64,000 bases of DNA, taken from NCBI GenBank assembly GCA_038883795.1, contig JAVZLK010000002.1, positions 32,001 to 96,000 of the forward strand. Direction: 5' to 3'. Source of the stretch: Candidatus Bathyarchaeia archaeon (GTDB lineage: Archaea; Thermoproteota; Bathyarchaeia; Bathyarchaeales; Bathycorpusculaceae). The notes under the pieces were generated by a model that did not search any database, was not told the DNA's origin, and saw only the letters and a program-made list of their open reading frames with translations. Shown piece by piece: positions 1 through 11,050 of the stretch (position 1 is its first letter; each line of letters begins with the position of its first letter). The position numbers and the translations under genes are program-made.

Positions 1-550
1 AGATGGGCAATCTTGGTCTTGTTGGAGGCTCTTCTTCTGGATAACCAATGCAAAGAAGTGTTAAGGGCAAAACACCTTCTGGCAACTTCAAGACACTTAT
101 GACCTCCTTGTTTGCAAGCGCCCCGCCAAGATAAACAGAGCCTAAACCTAAACATTCAGCAGCCAACGTCATATTTTCCGCCACAAGAGCAGCGTCAATT
201 ATACTCATCAACTTGATGGCGTAACCACCATCTTGTTTGAGGCAATGGTCCGCTTTTAAATAATCAAGTGTTCTGCGTAATCTGCGGAAATCAGCGCAAA
301 TCACAAAAACCACAGGCACATTTCTCATTTGCTTTGAAGCCCAACAAGCATCCAAGATTTTTTCCTTAATTTCCGCATCTTTAACCCAGATAATAGAGTA
401 TGTTTGGAGATTGCATGCGCTTGGAGCTCGCTGACCCGTTTCAACAATTTTGTGTATAGTCTCTTCCGAGATTGGTTTGGAGCTGAATTTTCTTATGCTT
501 CGCCTGTTGAAAAATATGTTTAACAATTTTGATTCGGCATTTTTCGTCAT
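1..550 (-). CDS. Nitroreductase family protein (NfsA-like), runs off the window edge
   Basis: Manual translation MTKNAESKLLNIFFNRRSIRKFSSKPI...RAPSACNLQTY...DAALVAENMTLAAECLGLGSVY...IGYP; RRSIRKF and APS motifs. Confidence 0.85.
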   Translation of the reverse strand, partial: MTKNAESKLLNIFFNRRSIRKFSSKPISEETIHKIVETGQRAPSACNLQTYSIIWVKDAEIKEKILDACWASKQMRNVPVVFVICADFRRLRRTLDYLKADHCLKQDGGYAIKLMSIIDAALVAENMTLAAECLGLGSVYLGGALANKEVISVLKLPEGVLPLTLLCIGYPEEEPPTRPRLPI

Positions 551-672
551 ATGGCATACCGTTTAAGCCTAAGCTTCACTGTTGGAATATATGTTTTGCT
601 TTTCCGTGCTTTATAGCGATTTTATCGTAAATGATAAATGTAGGGTGGATACACCAAAGAGCGAGGGATTTG

Positions 673-1197
673 ATGGTTAAACGTGGACTTTATGTTGGAC
701 GTTTTCAACCTTTCCATTTGGGACATCTTGGCGCAATAAAAGACATCTTAAAGGAAGTTGATGAACTTGTTATTGTTATTGGCAGTGCTCAATACAGCCA
801 CCGCATTGACAACCCATTCACTGCTGGTGAACGGCTGATTATGATTCGCAAGGCTTTGGAAGAAGCAAAAATAGACCATTCAAGGGTTTGGATTGTGCCC
901 GTGCCAGATGTGCACTTACACATGATGTGGGTTGCCGCAGTGGAAGGCTATACCCCACCTTTTGAAGTTGTTTATTCTAATGAACCCTTAACCCGTCGAC
1001 TTTTCCTTGAAGCCAAATATAAGGTTAAACCCATACGTTTCCATGAAAGAAAACTTTATTCATCAACTGAAATTAGGGCGAGAATGCTGAAAGACGAGAG
1101 TTGGGAGAAACTTGTTCCAAAAAGTGTTGCCGCTTTCATAAAAGAGATAGACGGAATTAACAGACTTAAAGATTTAACTAAAAGCGATAAAGTTTAA
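673..1197 (+). CDS. nadM: Nicotinamide-nucleotide adenylyltransferase
   Basis: GRFQPFHLGH, NPFTAGER and SSTEIR motifs; start moved to ATG 673. Confidence 0.9.
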   Translation: MVKRGLYVGRFQPFHLGHLGAIKDILKEVDELVIVIGSAQYSHRIDNPFTAGERLIMIRKALEEAKIDHSRVWIVPVPDVHLHMMWVAAVEGYTPPFEVVYSNEPLTRRLFLEAKYKVKPIRFHERKLYSSTEIRARMLKDESWEKLVPKSVAAFIKEIDGINRLKDLTKSDKV

Positions 1198-1259
1198 CTT
1201 TTCTTCTTGACTTTCTGCGGTAACGATACTTTTTGGCTGTGGAAAAATAAACTTCAAAA

Positions 1260-2228
1260 TTAAGCTTTAAGGTATTGACCTATGCCTTTTTCCTTTGCTC
1301 GTTTGTAAGCGTGCAATGCAACACTCGCATCTTCTACGCCCATTCCTATAGATATAAACAGTATTTTCTCTAGGTCACTTTCCCTTCCCTTCTTTTTACC
1401 TGCAACAATGTCAGCTATTTCTGCGTAAACATCTTTTCGTTTAGTATTTGTTTTCCTAATTTCTGGTACTCTGCTGCTGACGTATTCCCAAGAATCAACG
1501 ACTAGCTTATCAACCATTTTGGGTATGTCAAGGTCAATTTCTTGATAAGATCCAACTTTAGCGATAAACATTCCTGGTTCAATCCACTCTTTTTTAACTA
1601 GTGGTTCATTTCCCGTTGTAGCTGTTACGACGATATCAACACCTCTTACTGCTTGCTCGTTATCGTCCGCAGGCGTGATGTCTAATCCGAGTTTTTCACC
1701 CATCTCTTTAGCAAATTGATTTTGATATTCCCTTGAAACGTCCGCAATCCATACACTTTTAAGTTTAAATATCTCATTAAGTGCCATTAAATGACTTTTA
1801 CCTTGAACCCCTGCTCCGAATATCCCAACAATCTCCGAATCCCGCTTAGCCAGATACTTTGCAGCCACAGCCGTTGTAGCTGCAGTTCTTATTGCGGTAA
1901 TCCATGTGCCATCCATTATTGCGAAGGGCACGCCTGTATCAGGTTTATTCAAAACTATGGTTGCTGTTATGGTTGGCAATCCACGCTTTCTGTTTTCTGG
2001 GAAGAAACTAAAAATTTTAGTAGCAGAAACGTTCATTGGTTCATCTACAAAAGCGATCATTGGCTTTATGAAACCATGGTACTTATCTAGTTCAAGGTAG
2101 ATCTTTGGAGGTTGTATTGCTTTTCCTTGACCTAATAATTTAATACCTTCTTCTACAACTTCAACGGCTTCCTTTACTGTCACACATTTCATAACATCTT
2201 CCTGTGCTAAGTATAAAATTTGACTCAT
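1260..2228 (-). CDS. Ornithine cyclodeaminase / mu-crystallin / alanine dehydrogenase family
   Basis: ITAIRTAA, GIFGAGVQG, F.SIGMGVED motifs. Confidence 0.85.
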   Translation of the reverse strand: MSQILYLAQEDVMKCVTVKEAVEVVEEGIKLLGQGKAIQPPKIYLELDKYHGFIKPMIAFVDEPMNVSATKIFSFFPENRKRGLPTITATIVLNKPDTGVPFAIMDGTWITAIRTAATTAVAAKYLAKRDSEIVGIFGAGVQGKSHLMALNEIFKLKSVWIADVSREYQNQFAKEMGEKLGLDITPADDNEQAVRGVDIVVTATTGNEPLVKKEWIEPGMFIAKVGSYQEIDLDIPKMVDKLVVDSWEYVSSRVPEIRKTNTKRKDVYAEIADIVAGKKKGRESDLEKILFISIGMGVEDASVALHAYKRAKEKGIGQYLKA

Positions 2229-2472
2229 TTTTTCTCACCTGCTTATTAAAGAGAATTTGATAGTAAAGGCTATAATTAATAAGTTTTTAGCTTTGGCTCT
2301 CATTATCTTATGAATTTTCAAAGATTGTGGCTTTCAATGACAGCTAAGAGCTTTTTTGCTTCACACTTCCGCATAAACTTTGAAAAAGTTTCAATTGAGC
2401 AAGGCATAACTTTCTTATAAACATTTAACGCTACAAAATTATTGTCTTTCAAAAGCCAAGGGAGTTTCAAAA

Positions 2473-3342
2473 GTGAAGGTCAGCAAAAACTTTTCAGCAA
2501 AAAGCGTGGCTTTAATTGTTTGCTTTACAGGTCTCTACACAATTTCTGGCTTCGTATCCCTTTCTCCAATAATTGGTTTGCCGGGCAAAACCATAACGGC
2601 AGCTGCAATAATGGCACCCGTGATCGGCATAATCCTTGGACCATATATAGGCGCAGTATCCACGGTTTTAGGCGGAATTATTCCCTTTTTTACTGGCGCT
2701 TTTTCTCCTCCAAGTTTAGTTTCTGGTACTGTTACAACTTTTTGTTCCGGCATGCTTTGTCTTCAAAAGCGAAGCCTCTGCATCTTTACTTATTTCTCAT
2801 TGCTGTTTCTTTTTGGTTTCTACCCTTTTGTTGGTCCTTTTTGGCTTTATCCTCCATTAATGTGGTTTCAAATAGTTGGTTTTCTCCTTCTCATTTCGCC
2901 ATTACAATCCAAAGCCGTCAAAAATTTGAACTCTGAGAGCGTTTCGAAACTTTTTCAAACTTTTTTCATAACTCTCCTTACATCAACTTTGGCTGGCCAA
3001 ATCGCTGGTTCTTTAGTTTTTGAAGTTCTTGCTTGGCCTGTTTTTATGGCAGATTTGAATGGTTGGAGGGCCACGTGGCAATTTTTAACATTCATTTACC
3101 CTGTTGAACGGATACTTATCGCATTAATGGGAACGTTTATTGGGATAACTTTACACAAAATTCTAAAGTCTGCAAATTTAAATTTCCTTCTTAATTCTTC
3201 GCTTGGCAAGAAAGGTGCCCATGAAAATGCACTCTTTCGATGGTATGGTCATTTCTGCAGAACCGTAAACGCCATTATTAAAGTCCACAATAGCACCCCT
3301 AATAATCACCAGAGGAGTTTTTTCGGCCGCTTCTCCCATTAG
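2473..3342 (+). CDS. ECF-transporter S-component-like membrane protein
   Basis: Multiple TM helices, P..GIILGPYIG motif; last ~55 codons overlap cofE antisense. Confidence 0.6.
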   Translation: MKVSKNFSAKSVALIVCFTGLYTISGFVSLSPIIGLPGKTITAAAIMAPVIGIILGPYIGAVSTVLGGIIPFFTGAFSPPSLVSGTVTTFCSGMLCLQKRSLCIFTYFSLLFLFGFYPFVGPFWLYPPLMWFQIVGFLLLISPLQSKAVKNLNSESVSKLFQTFFITLLTSTLAGQIAGSLVFEVLAWPVFMADLNGWRATWQFLTFIYPVERILIALMGTFIGITLHKILKSANLNFLLNSSLGKKGAHENALFRWYGHFCRTVNAIIKVHNSTPNNHQRSFFGRFSH

Positions 3343-3960
3343 AAAATGTGCTGCAGAAGCCAAATCATCAGCCACCGCATGTTGCGTGATGATTATCCGC
3401 TTTTCGTAAATGTCCTTTTCTCCTCTTCTATCTTTTATTGGTTTGAAACCGGCCACCGCCAAAGCCAAACCAACAGTACCCTTTCTAAGCGGTGCTAAAC
3501 CGCTGTCAACAATTAAAACACCCACACGCTTACCCGTCTTATTTTTAATTTCATCTCTTACGTATCTTGCCCATTTTTGAGGGTTGCTTGACCACAAAAC
3601 TACATGATCTATGGGAGCATTTTTGTTGTCTATTCCCGCATTAGCGGTTAAAATTCCATTTTTAAGTGTCAAAACAGCCTTTTCAACCCCTCCATAAATT
3701 TTGTCCGCTTCCCTTAAAATTAGCTCTGCGAAAGGTGGTTGCAGAGAAAAGCGTTTCGCTAACTCTTTTGCTTTTTCTGAGGGTTTAATTTCGCTCAATT
3801 TCACGAGGCGATTTTCTGCATAAGCAACAACCTTCGATGTTAAAGCTATTATGTCTTTGTCCTCAAGCTCTAAACCTTGTCTCTTTATAGCGTCAAGAAT
3901 AAACTCCACCAAGTTATCGCCAATACTGATAACCTTTGTTTTAACGGCATAAAGCCTCAA
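3178..3960 (-). CDS. cofE: Coenzyme F420-0:L-glutamate ligase family
   Basis: TSKVVA, ANAGIDNKN, VADDLASAA..LMGE...TP motifs. Confidence 0.8.
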   Translation of the reverse strand: MRLYAVKTKVISIGDNLVEFILDAIKRQGLELEDKDIIALTSKVVAYAENRLVKLSEIKPSEKAKELAKRFSLQPPFAELILREADKIYGGVEKAVLTLKNGILTANAGIDNKNAPIDHVVLWSSNPQKWARYVRDEIKNKTGKRVGVLIVDSGLAPLRKGTVGLALAVAGFKPIKDRRGEKDIYEKRIIITQHAVADDLASAAHFLMGEAAEKTPLVIIRGAIVDFNNGVYGSAEMTIPSKECIFMGTFLAKRRIKKEI

Positions 3961-3965
3961 TCACT

Positions 3966-4250
3966 TCATCCTCCATGAATTATTGGAACAAGAACAATTT
4001 CATCTCCGTCCTTAACCAACGTTTCTAAACCAGTTAGGACGCTGATTTCCTTTCCATTCACAAGTATTAACGCATTAGGTCTTGGATCCTCAAGCTCAGG
4101 GTCAATAAGCGTCTGTTTGAGGGCGGGAATCTTTTCAACAGTTTTCTTTACAACTTCCTTTAACGGCATGGTTCCCTTAATTTTGATGGCGATTTTTCTT
4201 CTTCCCGATATGGTGCGGAAAGCGCCAATAAAATTAACATTTACAGCCAT
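3966..4250 (-). CDS. MoaD/ThiS/SAMP ubiquitin-like protein
   Basis: 94 aa, ILVNG...DGDEIVLVPIIHGG with C-terminal GG. Confidence 0.9.
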   Translation of the reverse strand: MAVNVNFIGAFRTISGRRKIAIKIKGTMPLKEVVKKTVEKIPALKQTLIDPELEDPRPNALILVNGKEISVLTGLETLVKDGDEIVLVPIIHGG

Positions 4251-4265
4251 AAAGGTTCCTCGTCC

Positions 4266-5642
4266 CTACAACACTATAATCACCGAAATGTCGTTTACAT
4301 TCGTGCCTGTGGGACCTGTAAAAATGAGGTCTTCAAGTTTTGAGAAAAAATTGTAGGAGTTATTTTCAGCAAGAAACTCCTCTGGAACTAATTCCTCTTT
4401 TGCTGCTCTTATCAATGTTTTCCCATCAACTATGGCTCCTGCAGCATCCGTTGGACCATCAACACCGTCAGTGCTTATAGAAGCCAGAACCACACCATCC
4501 ATACTTTTCATTTTTATTGCCGCTGCCAATGCTATTTCTTGATTTCTTCCCCCTTTACCTTTTCCAGTGATCGTTACGGTTGTTTCTCCTCCAGCGATTA
4601 TGCCCGCTAGTTTTGGTATGGGATTTCCTGAGACAGAAACTTCGCGAGCTATTGAGGCTAGTATGGTTCCAACATGTCTGGCTTCTCCTTCCAACGTCGC
4701 TGTCAACAAAAGCGTGTTTAACCTTTCTGATTTGAGGTGGTTTTGGGCAGCTTGGCTTGCAAGCCGATTATTTCCAATAACCACGTTGAAAACTTTGCTA
4801 AATGCTTCGTCATCGACTTTCGGTGTTTCTGGAATTTTGCCCGCTTCCCCATCTAAGAGAACCTTTCGGATGGATGCTGGAGCCCTTTCCCACAGTCCAT
4901 ATTTTTTCAAAACTTTTATGGCGTCGCTGAAAGTTGTGGAATCTGGAACTGTTGGACCTGAGGCAATAAAATCTAGTGGGTCGCCAACCACATCTGAGAG
5001 AATAAGGTTTAGAATTGTGGCTGGATAAGCCTTCTTTGCAAGCCAGCCTCCCTTAAAATCTGATATGTGCTTTCGGACAGTGTTAATCTCGTTTATTGTT
5101 GCACCACATTTTAACAAAGCATCAGTTATTTCCCTTTTATCGTCGATGGTTATTTCGCCGCGGGGCAAAGGCATAAGGCTTGAGCCTCCGCCAGAAATCA
5201 AACAAATAATTAAATCGTCTTTTTCTGCCTTTTTCGCTATTTCGAGCATCTGCCGAGTTCCTTTCACGCCTGAATCGTCTGGAATTGGGTGGCTTGCTTC
5301 GTGAAGCTCTATAATGTCTGTTTTGTGTTTGCTTCCATAAGGAACGTTAACAAATCCCCTTTTTATCCAGTGACCTAAAACTTGTTCTAGTGCTTCTGCC
5401 ATTGAACCGCTTGCTTTGCCACCGCCCACAACATAAACATTCCTGAACTTTTTCAAATCGAAAACATATTTATCAACGTGGAGGGTTGAGTTTTTCAATA
5501 AAACCTTTAATTTTATTATGTTTTTTGGGTCAACTGCATTCAATGCGGATTCTAGGCTTTTTAGAGCGAGTTCTCTTGCTTTCTTGTTAAGTTGTGTTTC
5601 GCCATTCTCTATGAGTTTTTCTTTATTCTTTATTTTTATCAT
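4266..5642 (-). CDS. Glycerate 2-kinase (MOFRL family)
   Basis: GGGKA, ISGGGSSL, GGETTV, GGRNQE, TDGVDG, TGTNVND. Confidence 0.92.
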   Translation of the reverse strand: MIKIKNKEKLIENGETQLNKKARELALKSLESALNAVDPKNIIKLKVLLKNSTLHVDKYVFDLKKFRNVYVVGGGKASGSMAEALEQVLGHWIKRGFVNVPYGSKHKTDIIELHEASHPIPDDSGVKGTRQMLEIAKKAEKDDLIICLISGGGSSLMPLPRGEITIDDKREITDALLKCGATINEINTVRKHISDFKGGWLAKKAYPATILNLILSDVVGDPLDFIASGPTVPDSTTFSDAIKVLKKYGLWERAPASIRKVLLDGEAGKIPETPKVDDEAFSKVFNVVIGNNRLASQAAQNHLKSERLNTLLLTATLEGEARHVGTILASIAREVSVSGNPIPKLAGIIAGGETTVTITGKGKGGRNQEIALAAAIKMKSMDGVVLASISTDGVDGPTDAAGAIVDGKTLIRAAKEELVPEEFLAENNSYNFFSKLEDLIFTGPTGTNVNDISVIIVL

Positions 5643-5738
5643 TTGTTTACCCTAACATGAATTTTTTATGGTTAACTGCGTAATTGTAATAAGCTAATGT
5701 TAATAAAGAATTCCACAAATCTTTGCAGGTGAACCATT

Positions 5739-6740
5739 ATGCCAAAACCAAAAGTTTATGTCACCCGTGAACTTCCAGAAAGGGGCTTGAAAATAATTAA
5801 GGAGCATTTCGACACTGAAGTTTGGCCAGAATATGCTCCGCCACCGAAAAAAGTGATTATAGAGAAGGCTAGAAATGTGGATGCTCTTGCTACGCTTTTG
5901 TCTGATAAGATAGATGCTGAAGTTTTTGATGCTGCACCAAAGCTTAAGATTATTGCTCAAATGGCTGTTGGCTTTGACAACATAGATATTCCAGAAGCCA
6001 CAAAAAGAGGCATATACGTAACGAACACACCCGAAGTTCTAACGGACACAACGGCAGACTTTGCATGGGCTTTGTTGTTGGCTGTGGCTAGGCGTGTTGT
6101 TGAAGCAGATAAGTATGTTCGCAGTGGGCAGTGGAAGGTTGGTTGGCATCCAATGATGATGCAGGGCAGAGACGTTCACGGCGCCACATTAGGCATCATT
6201 GGTGCTGGAAGAATTGGCTTTGCGGTGGCAAAAAGAGCCACAGGCTTTAACATGAGAATCCTTTTCTACGATGTTGTGCCCAGACCAGAAATGGAAAAAT
6301 TAGGCGCCAAAAAAGTTGACTTGGACACGCTTTTGAGGGAATCGGACTTTGTTAGCATTCACGTTCCTCTAATGAAAGAGACATATCACCTGATAAATGA
6401 AGAAAAACTTAAACTTATGAAGAAAACCGCTTACTTGATAAACAATTCCCGCGGACCAGTAGTTGACGAGAAAGCCTTGTATAAAGCGCTGAAAGAAGGT
6501 AGAATTGCCGGCGCAGCCCTCGACGTTTTCGAACAAGAACCAACACCTTTGGATAATCCTTTGTTAAAACTTGATAATGTAGTTGTGGCTCCCCACATAT
6601 CCAGTGCAAGCTATGAAACCCGCTCTAGAATGGCTGAGATGGTTGCAGAAAATTTGGTAGCCTTCTTTAAGGGAGAAAAACCGCCAAACCTTGTCAATCC
6701 AGAAGTAATGAAAATTAGACCATTACAAAAGCATTTTTGA
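5739..6740 (+). CDS. gyaR: Glyoxylate reductase / D-2-hydroxyacid dehydrogenase
   Basis: [35 protein letters not shown]. Confidence 0.88.
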   Translation: MPKPKVYVTRELPERGLKIIKEHFDTEVWPEYAPPPKKVIIEKARNVDALATLLSDKIDAEVFDAAPKLKIIAQMAVGFDNIDIPEATKRGIYVTNTPEVLTDTTADFAWALLLAVARRVVEADKYVRSGQWKVGWHPMMMQGRDVHGATLGIIGAGRIGFAVAKRATGFNMRILFYDVVPRPEMEKLGAKKVDLDTLLRESDFVSIHVPLMKETYHLINEEKLKLMKKTAYLINNSRGPVVDEKALYKALKEGRIAGAALDVFEQEPTPLDNPLLKLDNVVVAPHISSASYETRSRMAEMVAENLVAFFKGEKPPNLVNPEVMKIRPLQKHF

Positions 6741-6826
6741 CATGAATTTTCAACCAATCTTACTGCAATAGTTAAATACCCCTTATTTTTACCTTTCTTT
6801 TTCCGTTTCCCGCATAGGTGATTTAA

Positions 6827-7999
6827 GTGAGCTCTATCTTTGCTAAAAGAATGGAAACTTTAGGAACAGAAACAGCGTTTGAGGTGCTTGCAAAGGCAAA
6901 AGCGTTGGAAAAGCAAGGGAAAGATATTGTGCATTTGGAAATAGGCGAACCAGATTTTGACACGCCAAAAAACATTAAAGACGCCGCTGTAAAAGCTCTA
7001 TATGAAGGTTATACCCATTATGTTCCCGCCGCTGGTATTCCAGAACTGAGGGAAACCATCGCCGAATATGTTTCTAAGACGAGAAGAATAAAAGTTGAAC
7101 CTGAAGAAGTTGTTGTAACACCAGGCGCTAAACCAATAATGTTTTTTGTCATACTTGCATGCGTAAATCCAGGCGAAGAAGTTCTTTATCCAAATCCGGG
7201 CTTTCCAATTTACGAGTCAGTCATAAACTTTGTTGGAGCCAAACCAGTACCTATACCTCTTTTAGAAGAAAATGGCTTCAGAATGGACCATGAATATGTG
7301 AAAAAGAAAATAACAAAAAAGACAAAAATGATTATAATAAACTCTCCTGAAAATCCAACAGGTGGCGTCTTAACCAGAGAAGACTTGAAAGTTATAGCTG
7401 ACTGCATCTCAAACAGGGATGATGTCCTTGTGCTTTCCGACGAAATCTATAGCAGAATAATCTATGAAGGAGAACATGAAAGCATCGCTTCGCTTCCAGG
7501 GATGAAAGAGAAAACAATTATACTAGACGGTTTTTCGAAAACCTACGCCATGACAGGTTGGAGACTCGGCTATGGCGTAATGCGAAAAGACTTAGCCCAA
7601 AAAATCACCCAACTCATGATTAACTCTAACTCTTGCACTTGCACGTTCGTCCAAATGGCTGGCGTCGAAGCATTAAAAGGACCGCAAAATGAAGTGGAAA
7701 AGATGGTTGCCGAATTCGGAAAGAGAAGAGAAGTAATAGTTTCTGGTTTAAACAAGATTAAGGGGATAACATGCAAAAAACCCCGCGGCGCCTTCTATGT
7801 ATTTCCAAACATAAAGGGAACTGGAATGGACTGCCGCAAGCTTGGAGATTACCTGCTTAATGAAGCTGGCGTGGCTGTTTTACCTGGCACATCCTTTGGA
7901 AAATATGGCGAGGGCTATCTGCGTTTGTCCTTTGCCAACTCCATTGAGAATATTAAAAAGGCTTTAGACCGCATATCCAAGGCTCTTGAAAAGCGATAA
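6827..7999 (+). CDS. Class I PLP-dependent aminotransferase (aspartate aminotransferase-like)
   Basis: GEPDF, NPTG, SDEIY, FSKTYAMTGWRLG. Confidence 0.92.
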   Translation: MSSIFAKRMETLGTETAFEVLAKAKALEKQGKDIVHLEIGEPDFDTPKNIKDAAVKALYEGYTHYVPAAGIPELRETIAEYVSKTRRIKVEPEEVVVTPGAKPIMFFVILACVNPGEEVLYPNPGFPIYESVINFVGAKPVPIPLLEENGFRMDHEYVKKKITKKTKMIIINSPENPTGGVLTREDLKVIADCISNRDDVLVLSDEIYSRIIYEGEHESIASLPGMKEKTIILDGFSKTYAMTGWRLGYGVMRKDLAQKITQLMINSNSCTCTFVQMAGVEALKGPQNEVEKMVAEFGKRREVIVSGLNKIKGITCKKPRGAFYVFPNIKGTGMDCRKLGDYLLNEAGVAVLPGTSFGKYGEGYLRLSFANSIENIKKALDRISKALEKR

Positions 8000-8003
8000 T
8001 TCT

Positions 8004-8378
8004 TTAATCCTCTATTTTTTCTCCAGTTAGGGTTTCAACTATATCTGAAGCTAACTGGATTAAATTGTCTGCCCTTTTCATAGCCATTTCGCCATTAACT
8101 TCTCCCAGTTGAGCGAGTTGCTGCACCATCTCTTCAATCTGCACCAAAAATCTCAACACTGGGTCATCTATTGTCTGTGTTTTTTCCGCAGCTTCTCTTA
8201 TGACTATTTCCACGAATGCTGGTTCTCCGAGGCTGAAATAAATGGCGTTTCGAGCTTTTCTGATAGCTTCTATTACTAAAGTTGGAGCCATATATGGCAA
8301 TTTTCTTGCAGCTTCAAGCTCTGCCTTTGCCTCGCGCAAGTATCGATGCGCCCATCCTCTTCTGTATTCGTCCATCAT
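8004..8378 (-). CDS. Hypothetical helical protein (possibly HEPN-like fold)
   Basis: ORF fills the gap; N-terminus YLREAKAELEAA resembles HEPN starts. Confidence 0.6.
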   Translation of the reverse strand: MMDEYRRGWAHRYLREAKAELEAARKLPYMAPTLVIEAIRKARNAIYFSLGEPAFVEIVIREAAEKTQTIDDPVLRFLVQIEEMVQQLAQLGEVNGEMAMKRADNLIQLASDIVETLTGEKIED

Positions 8379-8433
8379 TTTCGTCCGCTTCTCTCCGTGT
8401 GTTTCATAAAAGGATTAAAAGTGTTTTATAAGG

Positions 8434-8655
8434 TTACGCTTCTTCTGGGGTTTCGTTTGATGATGGTGCTTGGGTTCCAGCGAAAGCATGGGTTATGTAT
8501 CCTGCTATTTGATTTCTCACTTTCGTTGTTGCTCCTCTTATAAGCATATCAACCATGCGTTTGTTGTTTTCAAAATTGTTAGAGAATTTGTCGGGAAAGC
8601 GGCGAATAAGCTCTTTGGCTATTCGTTTAATCTGTTCTGTTCGTACATTTCCCAA
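8434..8655 (-). CDS. rps17e: 30S ribosomal protein S17e
   Basis: MGNVRTEQIKR...FENNK...VRNQIAGYIT. Confidence 0.95.
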   Translation of the reverse strand: MGNVRTEQIKRIAKELIRRFPDKFSNNFENNKRMVDMLIRGATTKVRNQIAGYITHAFAGTQAPSSNETPEEA

Positions 8656-8997
8656 GTTTCAGTTTCCTCCAAGCACAACTGTTCCAGCCTCGATGTACGT
8701 ATGCTCTGAAGTAAACCCTTCATAAAAGAAAAGGATAATTTAACCTTTCTCAAGTTAAACCGAGACGAAGCAATGCGATTGTCAGAGTTTTATTGAATTT
8801 TAATTATGTATCGAAAATTGATATATGTTTGCATTTGGAAGAACTGATTTATTAAGATATGCGATATATAATAAGGGAATAAAATGAACGCAAAAATAAA
8901 CCTAAGCGAAAAATCAATCTATGAAAACATTGAACTACTTAAAGCGCAAATATTGAACTTTTCAATTTTATTTTCTCGTAAATTCGCCTAAACTCTC

Positions 8998-9777
8998 CTA
9001 TTTCACTTTTATTTCGAAAAATTTTTCAAAATTCTCTATCATTTGCTCGGCTACAATTGCCATTTCTAAATTTTTAATTTCTGCTATGGCTTTAACTACG
9101 GTTGGGATGAAGGCTGGCGTTGTTATTTGTCCATTGAAAGGCTGCTTAAAATAGCGTACTGGCCCATCAGTTTCCGTCAACAAATTTGTTAATGGTATTT
9201 TTCTAACAATTTCTCGTATGCCATTAGAGTAAGCTGCGGGCGGTCCTTCGGTAATGTAATATCCATTCTCCACAATTTTGGTTAGTAAGCTTATGGGATA
9301 GCTGAACCAGTGGAGCAAAACCTTCTTAATTTTGAAAGATGGAAGCATATCGACGATTTGTGGTGTTGTACCACGGGAATGGATTATAACTGGCAAGTCA
9401 AGTCTTTCAGCTAACCGCAGCATTTCGTTAAAAACCTTCAGTTGTTTATCCCATATGTTTGAGTATTTGTAGTCTAAACCTATTTCGCCTATAGCAATCA
9501 TCATTTTATTGTTTCTTTGTTCGCAAATAAAATCCACTGTTTTTTGAAGTTCATCTTCCTTTAGATTTTTCACGTTCCATGGATGGATTCCTAAAGCAGC
9601 GTAAACTGTTCCTTGATATCTTTCAGCCAGTTTGAGACTTCTAATGCATGTTTCTAAATCCATGGAATTGGAAACCAAGGCAACAACGTTCGAGTTTACG
9701 GCCTCAGCTATGATGTCTTCAATGTGTTCTGAATATTCCTCATCTGAAAGGTGAACGTGAGAGTCAACGAATTTCAT
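8998..9777 (-). CDS. tatD: TatD family hydrolase
   Basis: DSHVH, GIHP, GEIGLD, IHSR, ETDGP. Confidence 0.92.
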   Translation of the reverse strand: MKFVDSHVHLSDEEYSEHIEDIIAEAVNSNVVALVSNSMDLETCIRSLKLAERYQGTVYAALGIHPWNVKNLKEDELQKTVDFICEQRNNKMMIAIGEIGLDYKYSNIWDKQLKVFNEMLRLAERLDLPVIIHSRGTTPQIVDMLPSFKIKKVLLHWFSYPISLLTKIVENGYYITEGPPAAYSNGIREIVRKIPLTNLLTETDGPVRYFKQPFNGQITTPAFIPTVVKAIAEIKNLEMAIVAEQMIENFEKFFEIKVK

Positions 9778-9931
9778 TTGGAAACCCGCGGCTTATTAGA
9801 GTGTCTGAATTTTGCTTTTAAAATTTCCTTTTCTTTTGAAAGAATCCTTCGTGCTGCTTTGTTCGGGAAAATAAAGAACAATAAACGTTAAATATTGTTT
9901 CAAATAGAAAAAGAGGCTCGGAGGAGTGTTT

Positions 9932-10153
9932 ATGGCTGATTTAGAGTTGGCTGTGGCTCCCATGCACAGAATATGCAAAAAAGCTGGAGCTGACAGAGTA
10001 AGCGAAGCAGCAGCCAAAGAACTTGCTAAGGCATTGGAAGAAATCGGCGTGAAAATCGCCAAAGAAGCCTTAGATTTTGCCATGCATGCTGGAAGAAAAA
10101 CAATAAAAGCTGAAGACATTGAAATTGCTGCCAAAAAAGTTATGGGCAGATAA
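9932..10153 (+). CDS. Archaeal histone (HMf family)
   Basis: [16 protein letters not shown]...[12 protein letters not shown]. Confidence 0.95.
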   Translation: MADLELAVAPMHRICKKAGADRVSEAAAKELAKALEEIGVKIAKEALDFAMHAGRKTIKAEDIEIAAKKVMGR

Positions 10154-10200
10154 ACTTCTTTTATAAATATCTCCTTTCTTTTTCAAACAAATTTCATTTC

Positions 10201-10974
10201 CTAACAAGCTTTCTGTGAAGATTCCCAGAGAAATTGGAAATAATCTCTTGCGAATTGTACCAAACCTACATGATTGCTCCATATAACTAAACTTGGTTTT
10301 TCCTCTCCTAAAAACAACATAGCTTCTTTTCCATCCACAATTATCCCCCCACCAAACATTTTATCCCTAATCCGCAATTCAGCTGTGCCCTTTAACTTTT
10401 CGATGTTTCTCCATTCTTCGGGTTTCCCAGTAACCATAAGTTTGATAGTTAAGCGAGTTTTCTGAAGAGCTTCTAAGGAAAGGGTTGTTGAAGCAAATGC
10501 GCTTTTAGCAAATTTGGGTGCAGCTATCATTATTTCTTTAGCGGCTTTTCTAATGGTTTCTTCAAGCTTAGTCATAACCGCATGTTGACCGTGTAATATT
10601 AGTATGTCTGGGCGTTCCACAAGTTCTCTTTTTTCATATAAAGGTTGTAATTGGTTGGTGATTGTTTGTTCCCAACTTTTGTATTTGTCTTCCAGCCTAA
10701 TTTTTGTTGCTGCTAAGGCTTCGATGGGTGGTAAAGGATAGTATTTGTTTGGGCGGCTTTCTAAACTTTTAATCCATCCCTTTTCTTTAAGAGAGTTTAG
10801 GGCTTCGTAGATTTTTGAGTATGGTACTTTTGCTTTCTTGCTTATTTCCATGGCTGTCATTTGCCCGCCTTCTAGCAAAGCAAAATAAGCGTCAATTTCG
10901 TAGGTGTTCAATCCCATTTCTCGCAAAATCTGTTTACTTTCTTCGGTTATGGGCAACTTAAACCCCTCAATCAC
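10201..10974 (-). CDS. TrmB family transcriptional regulator
   Basis: GLNTYEIDAY, VPYSKIYEAL, C-terminal PLD-like effector domain. Confidence 0.88.
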   Translation of the reverse strand: MIEGFKLPITEESKQILREMGLNTYEIDAYFALLEGGQMTAMEISKKAKVPYSKIYEALNSLKEKGWIKSLESRPNKYYPLPPIEALAATKIRLEDKYKSWEQTITNQLQPLYEKRELVERPDILILHGQHAVMTKLEETIRKAAKEIMIAAPKFAKSAFASTTLSLEALQKTRLTIKLMVTGKPEEWRNIEKLKGTAELRIRDKMFGGGIIVDGKEAMLFLGEEKPSLVIWSNHVGLVQFARDYFQFLWESSQKAC

Positions 10975-11050
10975 CTTATGAGAAGTTTGGAAACCTTATT
11001 ATATCCTTCCTTAAAATCTTCAAAACACAGCTTAAAAGCTTGGTGAATGC

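Noticed and set aside
3178-3342. 165-nt convergent overlap of the membrane protein and cofE
   Set aside because: The overlapping tail looks like non-conserved read-on after a lost stop, not dual coding.
8710-8997. AT-rich spacer with a 35-codon ORF; possible replication origin
   Set aside because: No ORB-like repeats or cdc6 nearby; the ORF has no recognisable features.
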